NCBI GenBank assembly: GCA_902785275.1
Contig: CACZYB010000001.1
Coordinates: forward strand, 32,001 to 96,000
Direction: 5' to 3'
Length of the DNA: 64,000 nt
Source: an uncultured Pseudomonadota bacterium
GTDB lineage: Bacteria > Pseudomonadota > Alphaproteobacteria > Rs-D84 > CACZYB01
The number at the start of each line of letters is the position of its first letter. The first letter of the stretch is position 1. Below the pieces are notes generated by a model. That model was not told the DNA's origin. It saw only the letters and a list, made by a program, of their open reading frames with translations, and did not search any database. The position numbers and the translations under genes were made by a program. Below, one piece after another: positions 10,461 through 19,877 of the stretch.

Positions 10461-11157
10461 AAAAAATTTTTCCTTTATTCCTCTTTGGATTTTGATTATT
10501 GTATGTGCAATTTGTATAGTCGCATCTTTGTTTATATCTATATCATTATCCGATTCTCTTGATGAAAATAATTTTAAGATTGATGGTCTAAGTATTGCAA
10601 AATACGATTCTTCAAAAGATTCTTTTAAAATAACATCATTAAATAGAAATAATATTCCAAAGGAATTGCGTTCCGAATTTACCAAAAACTTTTTAAAGGA
10701 GTATGTTGTAAATCGTTATACCGTTTCTGGTAATGATGAAAATCTGCAACAAAATATTGGGTATAAATCACCAAAAACTCTTAATGGTGGCCTTATGTTA
10801 AAACTTCCAAGCATAAAAAGTTTTTCCAATGGCGAAATTATTGGAACAAATGCATACGATGACTTTTTAAAAAATGATTTACCTGAAATACAGGAACTTT
10901 TGAAAAGTAATGTGACTCGTTCGGTTAAAATATTAACATCTCCACGAAAAATTGATGATTGGTGGACACTTAATGTAGAGTTTATTTATCGAAATCCAAC
11001 CACATATTCTTTGGATATTGCAAAAAAAGAAAAGTATGAAATAAAGCTTAATATAGAGAACAAAGGTATCCGAAACACTGAGAATTTAGCGAAAAACTAC
11101 CCAGCCGGAAGCTTTTTGGAAATATATGTAATTGATATTCAAAAAATAAAACTTTAA
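10447..11157 (+). CDS. VirB8-like bitopic membrane protein
   Basis: TM helix, FLKEYVVNRY, TRSVKI...WWTLNVEF; overlaps the previous gene. Confidence 0.55.
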   Translation: MQSNKKNFSFIPLWILIIVCAICIVASLFISISLSDSLDENNFKIDGLSIAKYDSSKDSFKITSLNRNNIPKELRSEFTKNFLKEYVVNRYTVSGNDENLQQNIGYKSPKTLNGGLMLKLPSIKSFSNGEIIGTNAYDDFLKNDLPEIQELLKSNVTRSVKILTSPRKIDDWWTLNVEFIYRNPTTYSLDIAKKEKYEIKLNIENKGIRNTENLAKNYPAGSFLEIYVIDIQKIKL

Positions 11158-11208
11158 AAATAGCTTGAAATTTTGAATAAAAGCATATAGAATTGTAACA
11201 TCTCTTTT

Positions 11209-11284
11209 GGGTGATTAGCTCAGTTGGTAGAGCAACTGACTCTTAATCAGTAGGTCGGGGGTTCGGATCCCCCATCACCCACCA
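11209..11284 (+). tRNA. tRNA-Lys(CTT)
   Basis: 76-nt cloverleaf, anticodon loop CT-CTT-AA, encoded CCA; upstream TTGAAA-17-TAGAAT promoter. Confidence 0.96.
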
Positions 11285-11389
11285 AGTTCAATAGCCGTCC
11301 TTGTGGACGGTTTTTTTCTTGAAAACATTCCATATAAAAAATACAATCATAAAAGAAGAATATTTGATAACAATATAAGACAAATAAAA

Positions 11390-11905
11390 ATGAGAACATA
11401 TTTTAAAAAATTTTTAATAGTATTTTTTCTATTTTTGGTAATTAATATAGTGGTAAAAGCAGAAGATAATATAAAAGAATATCATTATATATGGGCTGAA
11501 AATCAAAATATTTTTAATAAAGATTGTAAGCAATGTAATGATTCAAATAATATTTATTATTTGGGCAAATTAGTTGTTGATGAAGATAAAAAAGATGTAA
11601 AATTTTTTATGGTTAATGATTTTCATAAAAATTATATAGAAAGAAAAATACAAAATGCTGTTTTATTTGTAAATGATTCAATTAAAAAAAATAAGATAGA
11701 AAATATAAATGATATTTATACATTTTTTGAATCATATCCATTTATAAAATATTACATTTATGAAATTCCTAATGAAAAAGGAAATATTTATTTTAAATCA
11801 AATATTAAAGTATTGGAAAAAGATAAGTTAGAAAGATATTTTTATAATACTCAATGTAGAGCGTGCCGTTTTAGAATCAATGTTAAAGAAAATAGTAATA
11901 GTTAA
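11390..11905 (+). CDS. Exported hypothetical protein (very AT-rich islet)
   Basis: ATG 11390, signal peptide ending VKA, two CxxC motifs. Confidence 0.65.
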   Translation: MRTYFKKFLIVFFLFLVINIVVKAEDNIKEYHYIWAENQNIFNKDCKQCNDSNNIYYLGKLVVDEDKKDVKFFMVNDFHKNYIERKIQNAVLFVNDSIKKNKIENINDIYTFFESYPFIKYYIYEIPNEKGNIYFKSNIKVLEKDKLERYFYNTQCRACRFRINVKENSNS

Positions 11906-11907
11906 AT

Positions 11908-12030
11908 ATGTTATTTCATACACGTGATTTTAAAGGTAATATAATACCTGGGTTAGTCGATAGAGGAAAATAAGAACTCAACATATATAATGGAGATAAA
12001 TATGAAATTAAAAAAATTAAAGAAAAATAA
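11908..12030 (+). pseudogene. Remnant of a GH24-lysozyme-like C-terminus
   Basis: Frame reads TRDFKGNIIPGLVDRGK*ELNIY with a stop at 11971, resembling the GxxxxGLxxRRxxE tail of phage-type lysozymes. Confidence 0.45.
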
Positions 12031-12478
12031 ATTGGTTATAATTCTTACTTTGATATTATGTAGTTGTACTCCTTTGGTATTTGCACAGCAACGTGTTGAT
12101 ATATCCAAAAGATATAAAATTTCAGATGTTAGATTTTCAAATTGTACTGTATGTACTGATTGTAATCAACATAAGGTAATTATTGGAAAATCTATTGAAT
12201 TCTCAGACAAAAAATTTATTCACAATATTATAGATAGTAAATATTCAATACAAAGTGAAAGTATTAACAATCCAATATATGTAAAATATAGCAATAAACA
12301 ATTATTTCAATGGCCAGAATATTTAAAAGAATTATATAATAAAGATTTAGGTGATTTATATATAGTATATGATGATTTAGATTTTACAGAATTTAATATT
12401 TCTGCTATATTTTATGATTTAGAGGGAATAACCCCTACAGAATACGCATCTAGTTGTTTGTATGATATGGAGAAATAA
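12002..12478 (+). CDS. Exported or lipoprotein hypothetical (putative immunity protein)
   Basis: GGAG RBS before ATG 12002 (alternative start 11990); hydrophobic N-terminus with LCSC; CxxCxxC motif. Confidence 0.65.
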   Translation: MKLKKLKKNKLVIILTLILCSCTPLVFAQQRVDISKRYKISDVRFSNCTVCTDCNQHKVIIGKSIEFSDKKFIHNIIDSKYSIQSESINNPIYVKYSNKQLFQWPEYLKELYNKDLGDLYIVYDDLDFTEFNISAIFYDLEGITPTEYASSCLYDMEK

Positions 12479-12523
12479 GTGGATACAACAACAATTTTTA
12501 AAAGCAACTAAAGGAGATTAAAA

Positions 12524-13066
12524 ATGAAAGTAATAATAAATATTTTTTTTATGTGCATTATATCATCATGTATATGTGCCAAACAGCCATTATCTATACA
12601 AATTGATAACAAAGATGAATATGAACGTTTTTATGGTTCATCATATTCTTCAAAAATAAAATTTGATCTAGAAGATTATATTGGTGCTTGGAGAGATTCA
12701 ATTGGGAGACATGATGATTTTAAATTAAATAAAGATTTATCAATAGAACTAGATTGGATAAAAGGAAAATGTGAAAAAGCAGAGCAGTATAATAACATAT
12801 TATTATTAAAATGTTTTGGTAAATTTGGAATTTTAAAAGATGATGTTAATCAGTATGTAAAAATACAATTATTTTATTATCCAGATGAGGTATTTGATAT
12901 TAATCATAAACTTTCACAAAAAATTAATATTAGCATGGATTATGATAAAGAATGTGCTTTATCTAACTATGGTGAAAATAAAGAAAAATGTGAATCGCCT
13001 AATCTTAGTTATGATATGTATTATAAAATAAAAGATGATGAATACAGAGATTATACAGAAGATTAA
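12524..13066 (+). CDS. Putative lipoprotein (putative immunity protein)
   Basis: AAGGAG RBS; ISSC lipobox-like sequence; paired Cys residues. Confidence 0.7.
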   Translation: MKVIINIFFMCIISSCICAKQPLSIQIDNKDEYERFYGSSYSSKIKFDLEDYIGAWRDSIGRHDDFKLNKDLSIELDWIKGKCEKAEQYNNILLLKCFGKFGILKDDVNQYVKIQLFYYPDEVFDINHKLSQKINISMDYDKECALSNYGENKEKCESPNLSYDMYYKIKDDEYRDYTED

Positions 13067-13304
13067 TTTAAATAAAGATTTCTTTTAAAGAATGATTAAA
13101 CTTTTAACCTTTTGATTTTTTAGTAAATAGATGATTTTTTATGGTTGTTTTCGGTTATCCGAAATAGATTAGAAACCTGTAGAATAGCAAAAAGACTGAC
13201 TTTTAGAAAAGTTAGAAAAATAGCGTTAAAACCATACAAATATTCTTACTTCAAAACTTTTTCCCATCAAGTTGCGAGTTCGGAATTACAACTTAACAAA
13301 TTTT

Positions 13305-13721
13305 CTACATTGCTCTTTGTTGCATTTGTTCAATAAGTCTTATTTCAAAAGGAGTAAGTACTTTTTGCTTTTGCTTAAGTAAAAGGTCATCTCTTTCCTT
13401 TTGAATTTGTATTTCGTCATTTGCAAGTTTCGATGTAATTTTAAGTTGAAGCATAAGTTGCTTTATTTTTAAAGACAAAGATTTTTCCTTTTCTGGAAAG
13501 TTTCTTTTTTCCTTTCTTAAATCCAAAATTTTTTGAATTATTCTTTTCATATTCAAAAGAATTATGGCAAGTTTTGATTTTTTCCAATTTTGATTACCTT
13601 CTTTTATAGAAACTTCTTCCATATCAGAAAGTTTCTGCTCTACATCACTAAGCATTTTGCCAAGCATAACATCAACAAAAGATTTTTTGGAATTTGTTTT
13701 ATCGAATTTAACGTATCTCAT
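13305..13721 (-). CDS. Hypothetical basic coiled-coil protein
   Basis: GGAGG RBS upstream of the ATG; 138-aa ORF. Confidence 0.6.
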   Translation of the reverse strand: MRYVKFDKTNSKKSFVDVMLGKMLSDVEQKLSDMEEVSIKEGNQNWKKSKLAIILLNMKRIIQKILDLRKEKRNFPEKEKSLSLKIKQLMLQLKITSKLANDEIQIQKERDDLLLKQKQKVLTPFEIRLIEQMQQRAM

Positions 13722-13859
13722 AATAACACCTCCATGATAAGTTGTTATTACAATAGAATCTTATATTAAAATTATTAAATTGTCAATGGGGATAAAAATT
13801 TTCCCCAAAAATCTTAAAAAAAAACAACAATGTTGATTATTAAATAATTAAGAAAAATT

Positions 13860-13946
13860 TGGTAGGAACGGAGAGAATCGAACTCTCAAGGTCTTGCAAC
13901 CAGCGGATTTTGAGTCCGCCGCGTCTACCAATTCCGCCACATTCCC
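13860..13946 (-). tRNA. tRNA-Leu(CAA)
   Basis: Reverse complement folds with a long variable arm; GCGGA-CTCAAAA-TCCGC anticodon arm; CCA end. Confidence 0.95.
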
Positions 13947-13952
13947 ACAAAA

Positions 13953-14039
13953 TGGTGGGAAGACCAGGATTCGAACCTAGGTAGACATAATGTCGACAGA
14001 TTTACAGTCTGTTGCTTTTGACCGCTCAGCCATCTTCCC
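13953..14039 (-). tRNA. tRNA-Tyr(GTA)
   Basis: ACAGA-CTGTAAA-TCTGT anticodon arm, long variable arm, CCA end. Confidence 0.95.
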
Positions 14040-14234
14040 AATACCGATAAATCATACATTATTTTAATAAAAAGTCAATAAGTTATTTACAAATATCTAA
14101 AAATATACTATAATATGGACAATAAGAGGGGAAAATTGTGAATAAAAGTCTGTTTTTTAACATCTTTAGTGTTTTCTTCTTTTTGTACTTTGGTTTACAC
14201 CCAAGGACATAATTTTTTCAAAGGGGGGATTAAT

Positions 14235-14867
14235 ATGAAAAAAGTATTATTATTTGTTTCTGTTTTGTTATCTTTGTCTGGTATGGTAAAGGCATCTTCT
14301 GTTCAGGAATTAACTGGATACGCTTGCGGTAAATGTGTAATGAAACTTCCTGAAAATTTAGTTGCTTATAAATATGTAATTTCTTCAGAGTCACTTTACA
14401 ACGAAGAAGGAAAATATATTGGATTTGTTAATATAGAAGAAGCTTTAAAAAATGCCGGAATTAAAAATTTTAAAATTGATTATGGTAATGCTTCAGAATC
14501 AGAAGTTTACTTTGATGTTATAACAGACAGTCCACTAAAAAAAATAATTCCTGCTATTATATCAGGAGTTGCAGGCCTTTCTAAATTAGAAGGTACAGAA
14601 ATTGATGGAATCCCAACACGAGTTTTAACTGATTGCCAACAAAAGGCATACAATATGGCTTTGGATGAACTTACCGGCGCTCTTTATGTTGATGGATATG
14701 ATATTTCTATTGATAAAAAGACAACACCTGTTTACAGAGAAGATTTGAAAAGTGCTGAACTTTCTATTTGTTTAAAAAGTGAAAAATCAAAGGATGATGT
14801 AGATACAGAAAATTCTGAAAATACTGAAAATGCGGACACATCAGATACTTCAGAAACGGAAGAATAA
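14235..14867 (+). CDS. Exported hypothetical protein with an acidic tail
   Basis: AGGGGGG RBS, ATG 14235, signal peptide ending VKA. Confidence 0.75.
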   Translation: MKKVLLFVSVLLSLSGMVKASSVQELTGYACGKCVMKLPENLVAYKYVISSESLYNEEGKYIGFVNIEEALKNAGIKNFKIDYGNASESEVYFDVITDSPLKKIIPAIISGVAGLSKLEGTEIDGIPTRVLTDCQQKAYNMALDELTGALYVDGYDISIDKKTTPVYREDLKSAELSICLKSEKSKDDVDTENSENTENADTSDTSETEE

Positions 14868-14939
14868 AAGAATTATTTCTTTTAATTGACACTAATGAAA
14901 AAAAATATTATCCTACCCTGTAAAAGGTAGGATTTTTTT

Positions 14940-16307
14940 ATGAAGTCAAAAACTTTATTTGAATGTCAAAATTGTGGCACAAAATATTCTCGTTGGGCCG
15001 GTAAATGTGATGCCTGTGGTTCTTGGAATTCTATTATAGAAGTCAGGGATGAACAAAGTTCTGTTCCAACTGGACTTACTGCTGGTGTTGGTGGGATAAA
15101 ATTATCGTTCCAAGGTCTTAACGGAAAGGTGGAAGATTTCCCACGTACAGAATGCGGTATAAAAGAACTTAACCGTGTTTTGGGTGGTGGTTTGGTTGCC
15201 GGTGGAGTTGTTCTTGTCGGTGGTGATCCTGGAATTGGAAAATCAACAATTCTTCTTCAAACTGTATCTTATATCGCAAATCACGGTGGAAAGGCTTTTT
15301 ATTTAACAGGTGAAGAATCTGTTAATCAGGTTCGTATGCGTGCCATTCGTTTGGGATTACAGGATGCACCTGTAAATCTTGCCGCAAATTCAAACATTCG
15401 CGACATTGTTGCAACACTTAAAGAAGAAGATGATGTAAAAGTTGTGGTAATTGATTCTATTCAAACAATGTTTTTGGATAGTATCGAATCTGCACCAGGA
15501 ACAATATCTCAGGTTCGAAGCTGTGCGAATGAACTCATCCGTCTTGCAAAACTTAAAAATTTTGCTTTGTTTTTGATTGGGCATGTTACAAAAGAAGGTT
15601 CGCTTGCCGGCCCAAGGGTTTTGGAGCATATGGTTGATACCGTTCTTTATTTTGAAGGTGAACGTGGCCATCATTTCCGTATTTTAAGATCCGTTAAAAA
15701 TCGTTATGGCCCAACCGATGAAATTGGTGTTTTCGAAATGACAGATAAGGGCTTAACCGAAGTTGAAAATCCATCTGCTCTTTTCTTGGCTGAACGTAGG
15801 GGAAATATTTCTGGAAATTCAGTATTTGCCGGTGTGGAAGGAACCAGACCAATACTTTTGGAAATACAGGCTCTTGTATCATCATCAAATTATGGAAATG
15901 CAAAACGTTCCGTTGTTGGATATGATATGTCAAGGCTTTCTATGATAACTGCAGTTCTTGATGCACGTGCACACCAGGAATTTTATTCATACGATATATT
16001 TTTAAACATCACAGGGGGATTAAAGATTACTGAACCTGCCGGAGATTTGGCAGTTGCGGTTGCATTGATGTCATCAAAAAATAATGTACCTGCACCGGCA
16101 GATATGGCTATATTCGGTGAAATTGGACTTTCTGGCGAAATTCGTGGTGTAAGCTTTACCGAACAAAGAATAAAAGAAGCTGTAAAACTTGGCTTCAAAA
16201 AAATACTTCTTCCCAAATCGGTAAAGAAAAAATATACCGCACCAGAAAATGTAAAAATTATCGAAATCGGCCATATCCAAGATATAGTTAATATGTTTAT
16301 GAAGTAA
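14940..16307 (+). CDS. radA: DNA repair protein RadA/Sms
   Basis: C4 zinc finger, GDPGIGKS, KNRYG, Lon-like C-terminus. Confidence 0.97.
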   Translation: MKSKTLFECQNCGTKYSRWAGKCDACGSWNSIIEVRDEQSSVPTGLTAGVGGIKLSFQGLNGKVEDFPRTECGIKELNRVLGGGLVAGGVVLVGGDPGIGKSTILLQTVSYIANHGGKAFYLTGEESVNQVRMRAIRLGLQDAPVNLAANSNIRDIVATLKEEDDVKVVVIDSIQTMFLDSIESAPGTISQVRSCANELIRLAKLKNFALFLIGHVTKEGSLAGPRVLEHMVDTVLYFEGERGHHFRILRSVKNRYGPTDEIGVFEMTDKGLTEVENPSALFLAERRGNISGNSVFAGVEGTRPILLEIQALVSSSNYGNAKRSVVGYDMSRLSMITAVLDARAHQEFYSYDIFLNITGGLKITEPAGDLAVAVALMSSKNNVPAPADMAIFGEIGLSGEIRGVSFTEQRIKEAVKLGFKKILLPKSVKKKYTAPENVKIIEIGHIQDIVNMFMK

Positions 16308-16342
16308 TTCCCCATTCTTAAAATAAAGACTAATAACGGTAT

Positions 16343-16366
16343 AAAAAAACCTCCCAGCGGGAGGTT
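16343..16366. terminator. Terminator between convergent genes
   Basis: AACCTCCC-AGC-GGGAGGTT with an A tract. Confidence 0.75.
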
Positions 16367-16386
16367 GATTTTTCTTAATATAAAGT

Positions 16387-16791
16387 TTAATCCCAACCGT
16401 CAGTATTACCAAGGTTTTGATATGTTGTAACAACATTATCTGCTTCACCTGGATTTGCCATATAGGAAACGACCCAACCAGCAACACCAAGAATTGTTAA
16501 TCCAACGATAAGATAAAACATTTTTTCCCATTCAACAGAACCTTTTTGAATTGCAGTCCAAGCATAAGCAATAAATGCAAATGCAGCCAAAACGAACAAA
16601 GCATTTCTTGTTTGCATGAATAATTTAGCAGCACGCCACAAAAATGCAGTAAAAGGACCTGTTTTAGAAGGATCACCACCACCATATTGACCATTAGCAG
16701 CCCAAACATCAACTGGAACAAATGTTAAAAGAACCAAAAGTCCCAAGCAAAGAAGTGTAGATTTTTTTGTTAAAAACTTGAATATAGACAT
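16387..16791 (-). CDS. TrbC/VirB2-like pilin
   Basis: Long signal peptide ending VWA, then two TM helices joined by KGSVEW. Confidence 0.6.
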   Translation of the reverse strand: MSIFKFLTKKSTLLCLGLLVLLTFVPVDVWAANGQYGGGDPSKTGPFTAFLWRAAKLFMQTRNALFVLAAFAFIAYAWTAIQKGSVEWEKMFYLIVGLTILGVAGWVVSYMANPGEADNVVTTYQNLGNTDGWD

Positions 16792-16872
16792 TTTTTTCTC
16801 CTTTTCTTATGAATACTAAGCTTATTATATCACAATTTTGGCAATATAACAAGAAAATTTTATACAAAAAAA

Positions 16873-17625
16873 TTATAACGAAATCCCCTTCACAAAATGC
16901 TCAACATACTCGTTTTTCGGATTATCCAAATCTTCTGGCTTACCACTCCAAATAATCTTTCCGTCATAAAGCATCACAATTCTGTCCGCAATTTTTCGCG
17001 CAGAATTTATATCATGAGTTATGGTAAGCGCCGTTGCCCCCAACTGCTTTACACAACGAACAATAAGATTATTAATAACATCAGACATAATTGGATCAAG
17101 CCCAGTTGTAGGTTCATCAAAGAAAATAATATTCGGATTATCAGCAATCGCACGGGCAAGCCCTACTCTTTTTCTCATACCACCCGAAAGTTCATCCGGC
17201 ATCATATTTGCAACCTTTGCCGGCAATCCTACATCCTCTAACTTCTCAATCGCAATTTTTCTTGCTTCCTCAGGATTCATTTTATCAATATTAAGAAGTG
17301 AAAACGCAACATTTTCCCAAACACTCATACTATCAAAAAGGGCACCATTTTGGAAAAGCATTCCAATCTTTCGATTATTTTCATAAAATTCTTCTTCGGA
17401 AAAGTTTGTAATTTCCTTTCCATTAATTTTTATACTACCACTATCCGCATCCATAAGGCCAAGCATCAATCGAACACTAACCGATTTACCCATACCACTT
17501 TGGCCCAAAAGTACGACCGATTCACCCTTGTATATAGTCAAATCCAAACCACGAAGCACATACTTCTGACCAAAAGATTTGTATACATTTTTAAGTTCTA
17601 TTACAGGTTCTTTTTCAACTGTCAT
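16873..17625 (-). CDS. mlaF: ABC transporter ATPase MlaF
   Basis: GQSGMGKS, LFQNGALFDS, LSGGMRKRV, DEPTTGLDP. Confidence 0.9.
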   Translation of the reverse strand: MTVEKEPVIELKNVYKSFGQKYVLRGLDLTIYKGESVVLLGQSGMGKSVSVRLMLGLMDADSGSIKINGKEITNFSEEEFYENNRKIGMLFQNGALFDSMSVWENVAFSLLNIDKMNPEEARKIAIEKLEDVGLPAKVANMMPDELSGGMRKRVGLARAIADNPNIIFFDEPTTGLDPIMSDVINNLIVRCVKQLGATALTITHDINSARKIADRIVMLYDGKIIWSGKPEDLDNPKNEYVEHFVKGISL

Positions 17626-17637
17626 ATTGCACCTCTC

Positions 17638-18405
17638 TTAAAAGAATACCGCAGTTAGTACATAGTTAAAAATCAATATAAGTATCGAGGAATACACAAC
17701 CGCATTTGTTGTTGCTTTTCCAACACCATCGGCACCACCTTCGGTATAATATCCATAATAACATCCCATAGATGTAATAATCGCACCAAAGGTTGCACCC
17801 TTTGCAACACCTATTGTCAAATCCATCATCTTCATACTGTTATATGTATCCTTTATATAAACGTATGGATTAAAGCCGAGTTCGTGAATACTTACCAAAA
17901 AGCCACCAAACACACCAATAATATCCGCAATAAGCACCAACAATGGCATAACCAAAATTCCGGCCAAAACCCTTGGTGAAACGATATATTTAAACGGGCT
18001 CATTGATAAAGTCTTAAGAGCATCAATCTGCTCTGTCACCTTCATTGTACCAATACTTGCAGCCATAGTTGCACCGATTCGCCCAGCAACCATCAAGCCT
18101 GCAAATACAGGGCCAAGCTCCCTTGTAATCGCGATTTCAACAACTGTTGCAACCGCACCTTCGGCTGAAAAGCTGGAAAATCCAGAATAGCTTTGAAGTG
18201 CCAAAACCATACCTGCAAAAAGTGCAGTCAAAGACACAACAGGAAGTGAATAAAAACCAATTTCGATAAAGTTTTTCAAAAACACCTTTGGATAATATGG
18301 TGGCGAAAACCAATTATGAATAGTCTGTATCAAAAAAAGTATAAATTGAAATACAGCCTTAACAAAATTAACACCCATATTTCCAACTTTTTGAATCATT
18401 TCCAT
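17638..18405 (-). CDS. mlaE: ABC transporter permease MlaE
   Basis: RELGPV, GTMKVTEQIDAL, GVGKATT. Confidence 0.93.
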   Translation of the reverse strand: MEMIQKVGNMGVNFVKAVFQFILFLIQTIHNWFSPPYYPKVFLKNFIEIGFYSLPVVSLTALFAGMVLALQSYSGFSSFSAEGAVATVVEIAITRELGPVFAGLMVAGRIGATMAASIGTMKVTEQIDALKTLSMSPFKYIVSPRVLAGILVMPLLVLIADIIGVFGGFLVSIHELGFNPYVYIKDTYNSMKMMDLTIGVAKGATFGAIITSMGCYYGYYTEGGADGVGKATTNAVVYSSILILIFNYVLTAVFF

Positions 18406-18408
18406 TTT

Positions 18409-19392
18409 TTATTCTCCTCTGAAAAAATCAATAATTTCTTGCATATCATCCGGAAGCTTTGTTTCAAACTTCATCTTTTCACCAGTTATAGGATGACTGA
18501 ATTCTATATTTTTACTATGAAGCATTTGGCGATTAATTTTCATAAGCAAGTTTCTTACATCTTCATTTTCAACCTGAGTAATATGACGTTGAGGATTGCC
18601 ATAAACACTATCCCCTAAAATAGGAGTTCCAATACTTGCCATATGCACACGAATTTGATGAGTTCTACCTGTTTCCAACAAACATTTTACAAGAGCAAGA
18701 GGCTTAAACTTTGGACCACTAAACACCTCTAATGTTTCATAATTTGTAATCGCAGGTTTTCCACCATCAACAACAACTGTCATCTCTTGCCTTGAATGAG
18801 GATTTCGTGCAATATTTTTCTCGATTCGCCCACTTATAGGATTTGGCATACCCCACAACAAAGCATAATATTCACGTTTAACAGAATGATCAGCAAATTG
18901 CTTTTGCATAACCTGATATGCCTTATCACTTTTACAAGCCATCATCGCACCACTGGTATCCTTATCCAATCTGTGAACAATCCCCTGTCTACCAACTTCA
19001 CCACCAACATTTGCAAGCTTTCCATTACAGTGATAAAGAAGAGCATTAACCAAAGTCCCGCTATTCACACCTGCACCTTGATGAACAACCATACCAACAG
19101 GTTTGTTAATAACGATAATATCATCATCTTCGTAAAGTATATCCAGCGGAATATTTTCCGGATTCATAGAAGTTTCAACCTTTTCTTCTGGCACATTGAT
19201 ATGATATATTTCCCCAGCCTTAACATCAATCTTTCCAATATCAACAGAAACGCCATCCTTTAAAACACAACCCTTTTTTATAAATTGTTGTATCTTTGAT
19301 CTGGAAAAATCAGGCATAACCACAGCCAACCATTTATCAAGACGATAGCCATTAAATTCTTCTGCTACTTCAAAATCAAAAACATTTTCCAT
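18409..19392 (-). CDS. rluD: RluA/RluD-family pseudouridine synthase
   Basis: S4 domain, HRLDKDTSG, GRTHQIRVH. Confidence 0.9.
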   Translation of the reverse strand: MENVFDFEVAEEFNGYRLDKWLAVVMPDFSRSKIQQFIKKGCVLKDGVSVDIGKIDVKAGEIYHINVPEEKVETSMNPENIPLDILYEDDDIIVINKPVGMVVHQGAGVNSGTLVNALLYHCNGKLANVGGEVGRQGIVHRLDKDTSGAMMACKSDKAYQVMQKQFADHSVKREYYALLWGMPNPISGRIEKNIARNPHSRQEMTVVVDGGKPAITNYETLEVFSGPKFKPLALVKCLLETGRTHQIRVHMASIGTPILGDSVYGNPQRHITQVENEDVRNLLMKINRQMLHSKNIEFSHPITGEKMKFETKLPDDMQEIIDFFRGE

Positions 19393-19856
19393 TATAATTC
19401 TACACCATCATACTTTTGAATAATATCTTTGTTTGCATTTCCATCAATATTCACCTTCTTGCAATCAGAAATATTGACCTGCATCCTTGGAATAACCCCC
19501 TGAGCAATACTACCCTTAATATTAACAGGACAAATCATATATCCATCTGCCTTCACATTCCTTGAAACAAATGCACCAATAGGACGGGTAATATAGCTAA
19601 GATAAATTTCTGTTGGTGGTTGCAAACAAAAAAGGGTAATCATATTTTTTCCAACAATAGTTTTATAGTATTCCTGATTATACTGACCATAGCATGGAAA
19701 ATTTGTTAAATAATACCCCTGTGTCACAGTCAAATTATCATCACTTTCCACATAAATTTTATATTGTTGATCCGAAACCCTAAACCAATTAGACCATTGT
19801 GAAAAAGAAACATTTGAAATCAAAAGTCCCAAACAAAGAAAAAATATTTTTTTCAT
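19392..19856 (-). CDS. Exported hypothetical protein
   Basis: Signal peptide, four Cys in the mature part; translationally coupled to rluD. Confidence 0.7.
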   Translation of the reverse strand: MKKIFFLCLGLLISNVSFSQWSNWFRVSDQQYKIYVESDDNLTVTQGYYLTNFPCYGQYNQEYYKTIVGKNMITLFCLQPPTEIYLSYITRPIGAFVSRNVKADGYMICPVNIKGSIAQGVIPRMQVNISDCKKVNIDGNANKDIIQKYDGVEL

Positions 19857-19877
19857 TTTATCACCTTTCTAATTCAG

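Noticed and set aside
13260-13285. tRNA-like fragment (GTTGCGAGTTCGGA) as a possible att remnant of the tRNA-Lys islet
   Set aside because: Too short and too divergent from the tRNA-Lys 3' end to call a direct repeat.
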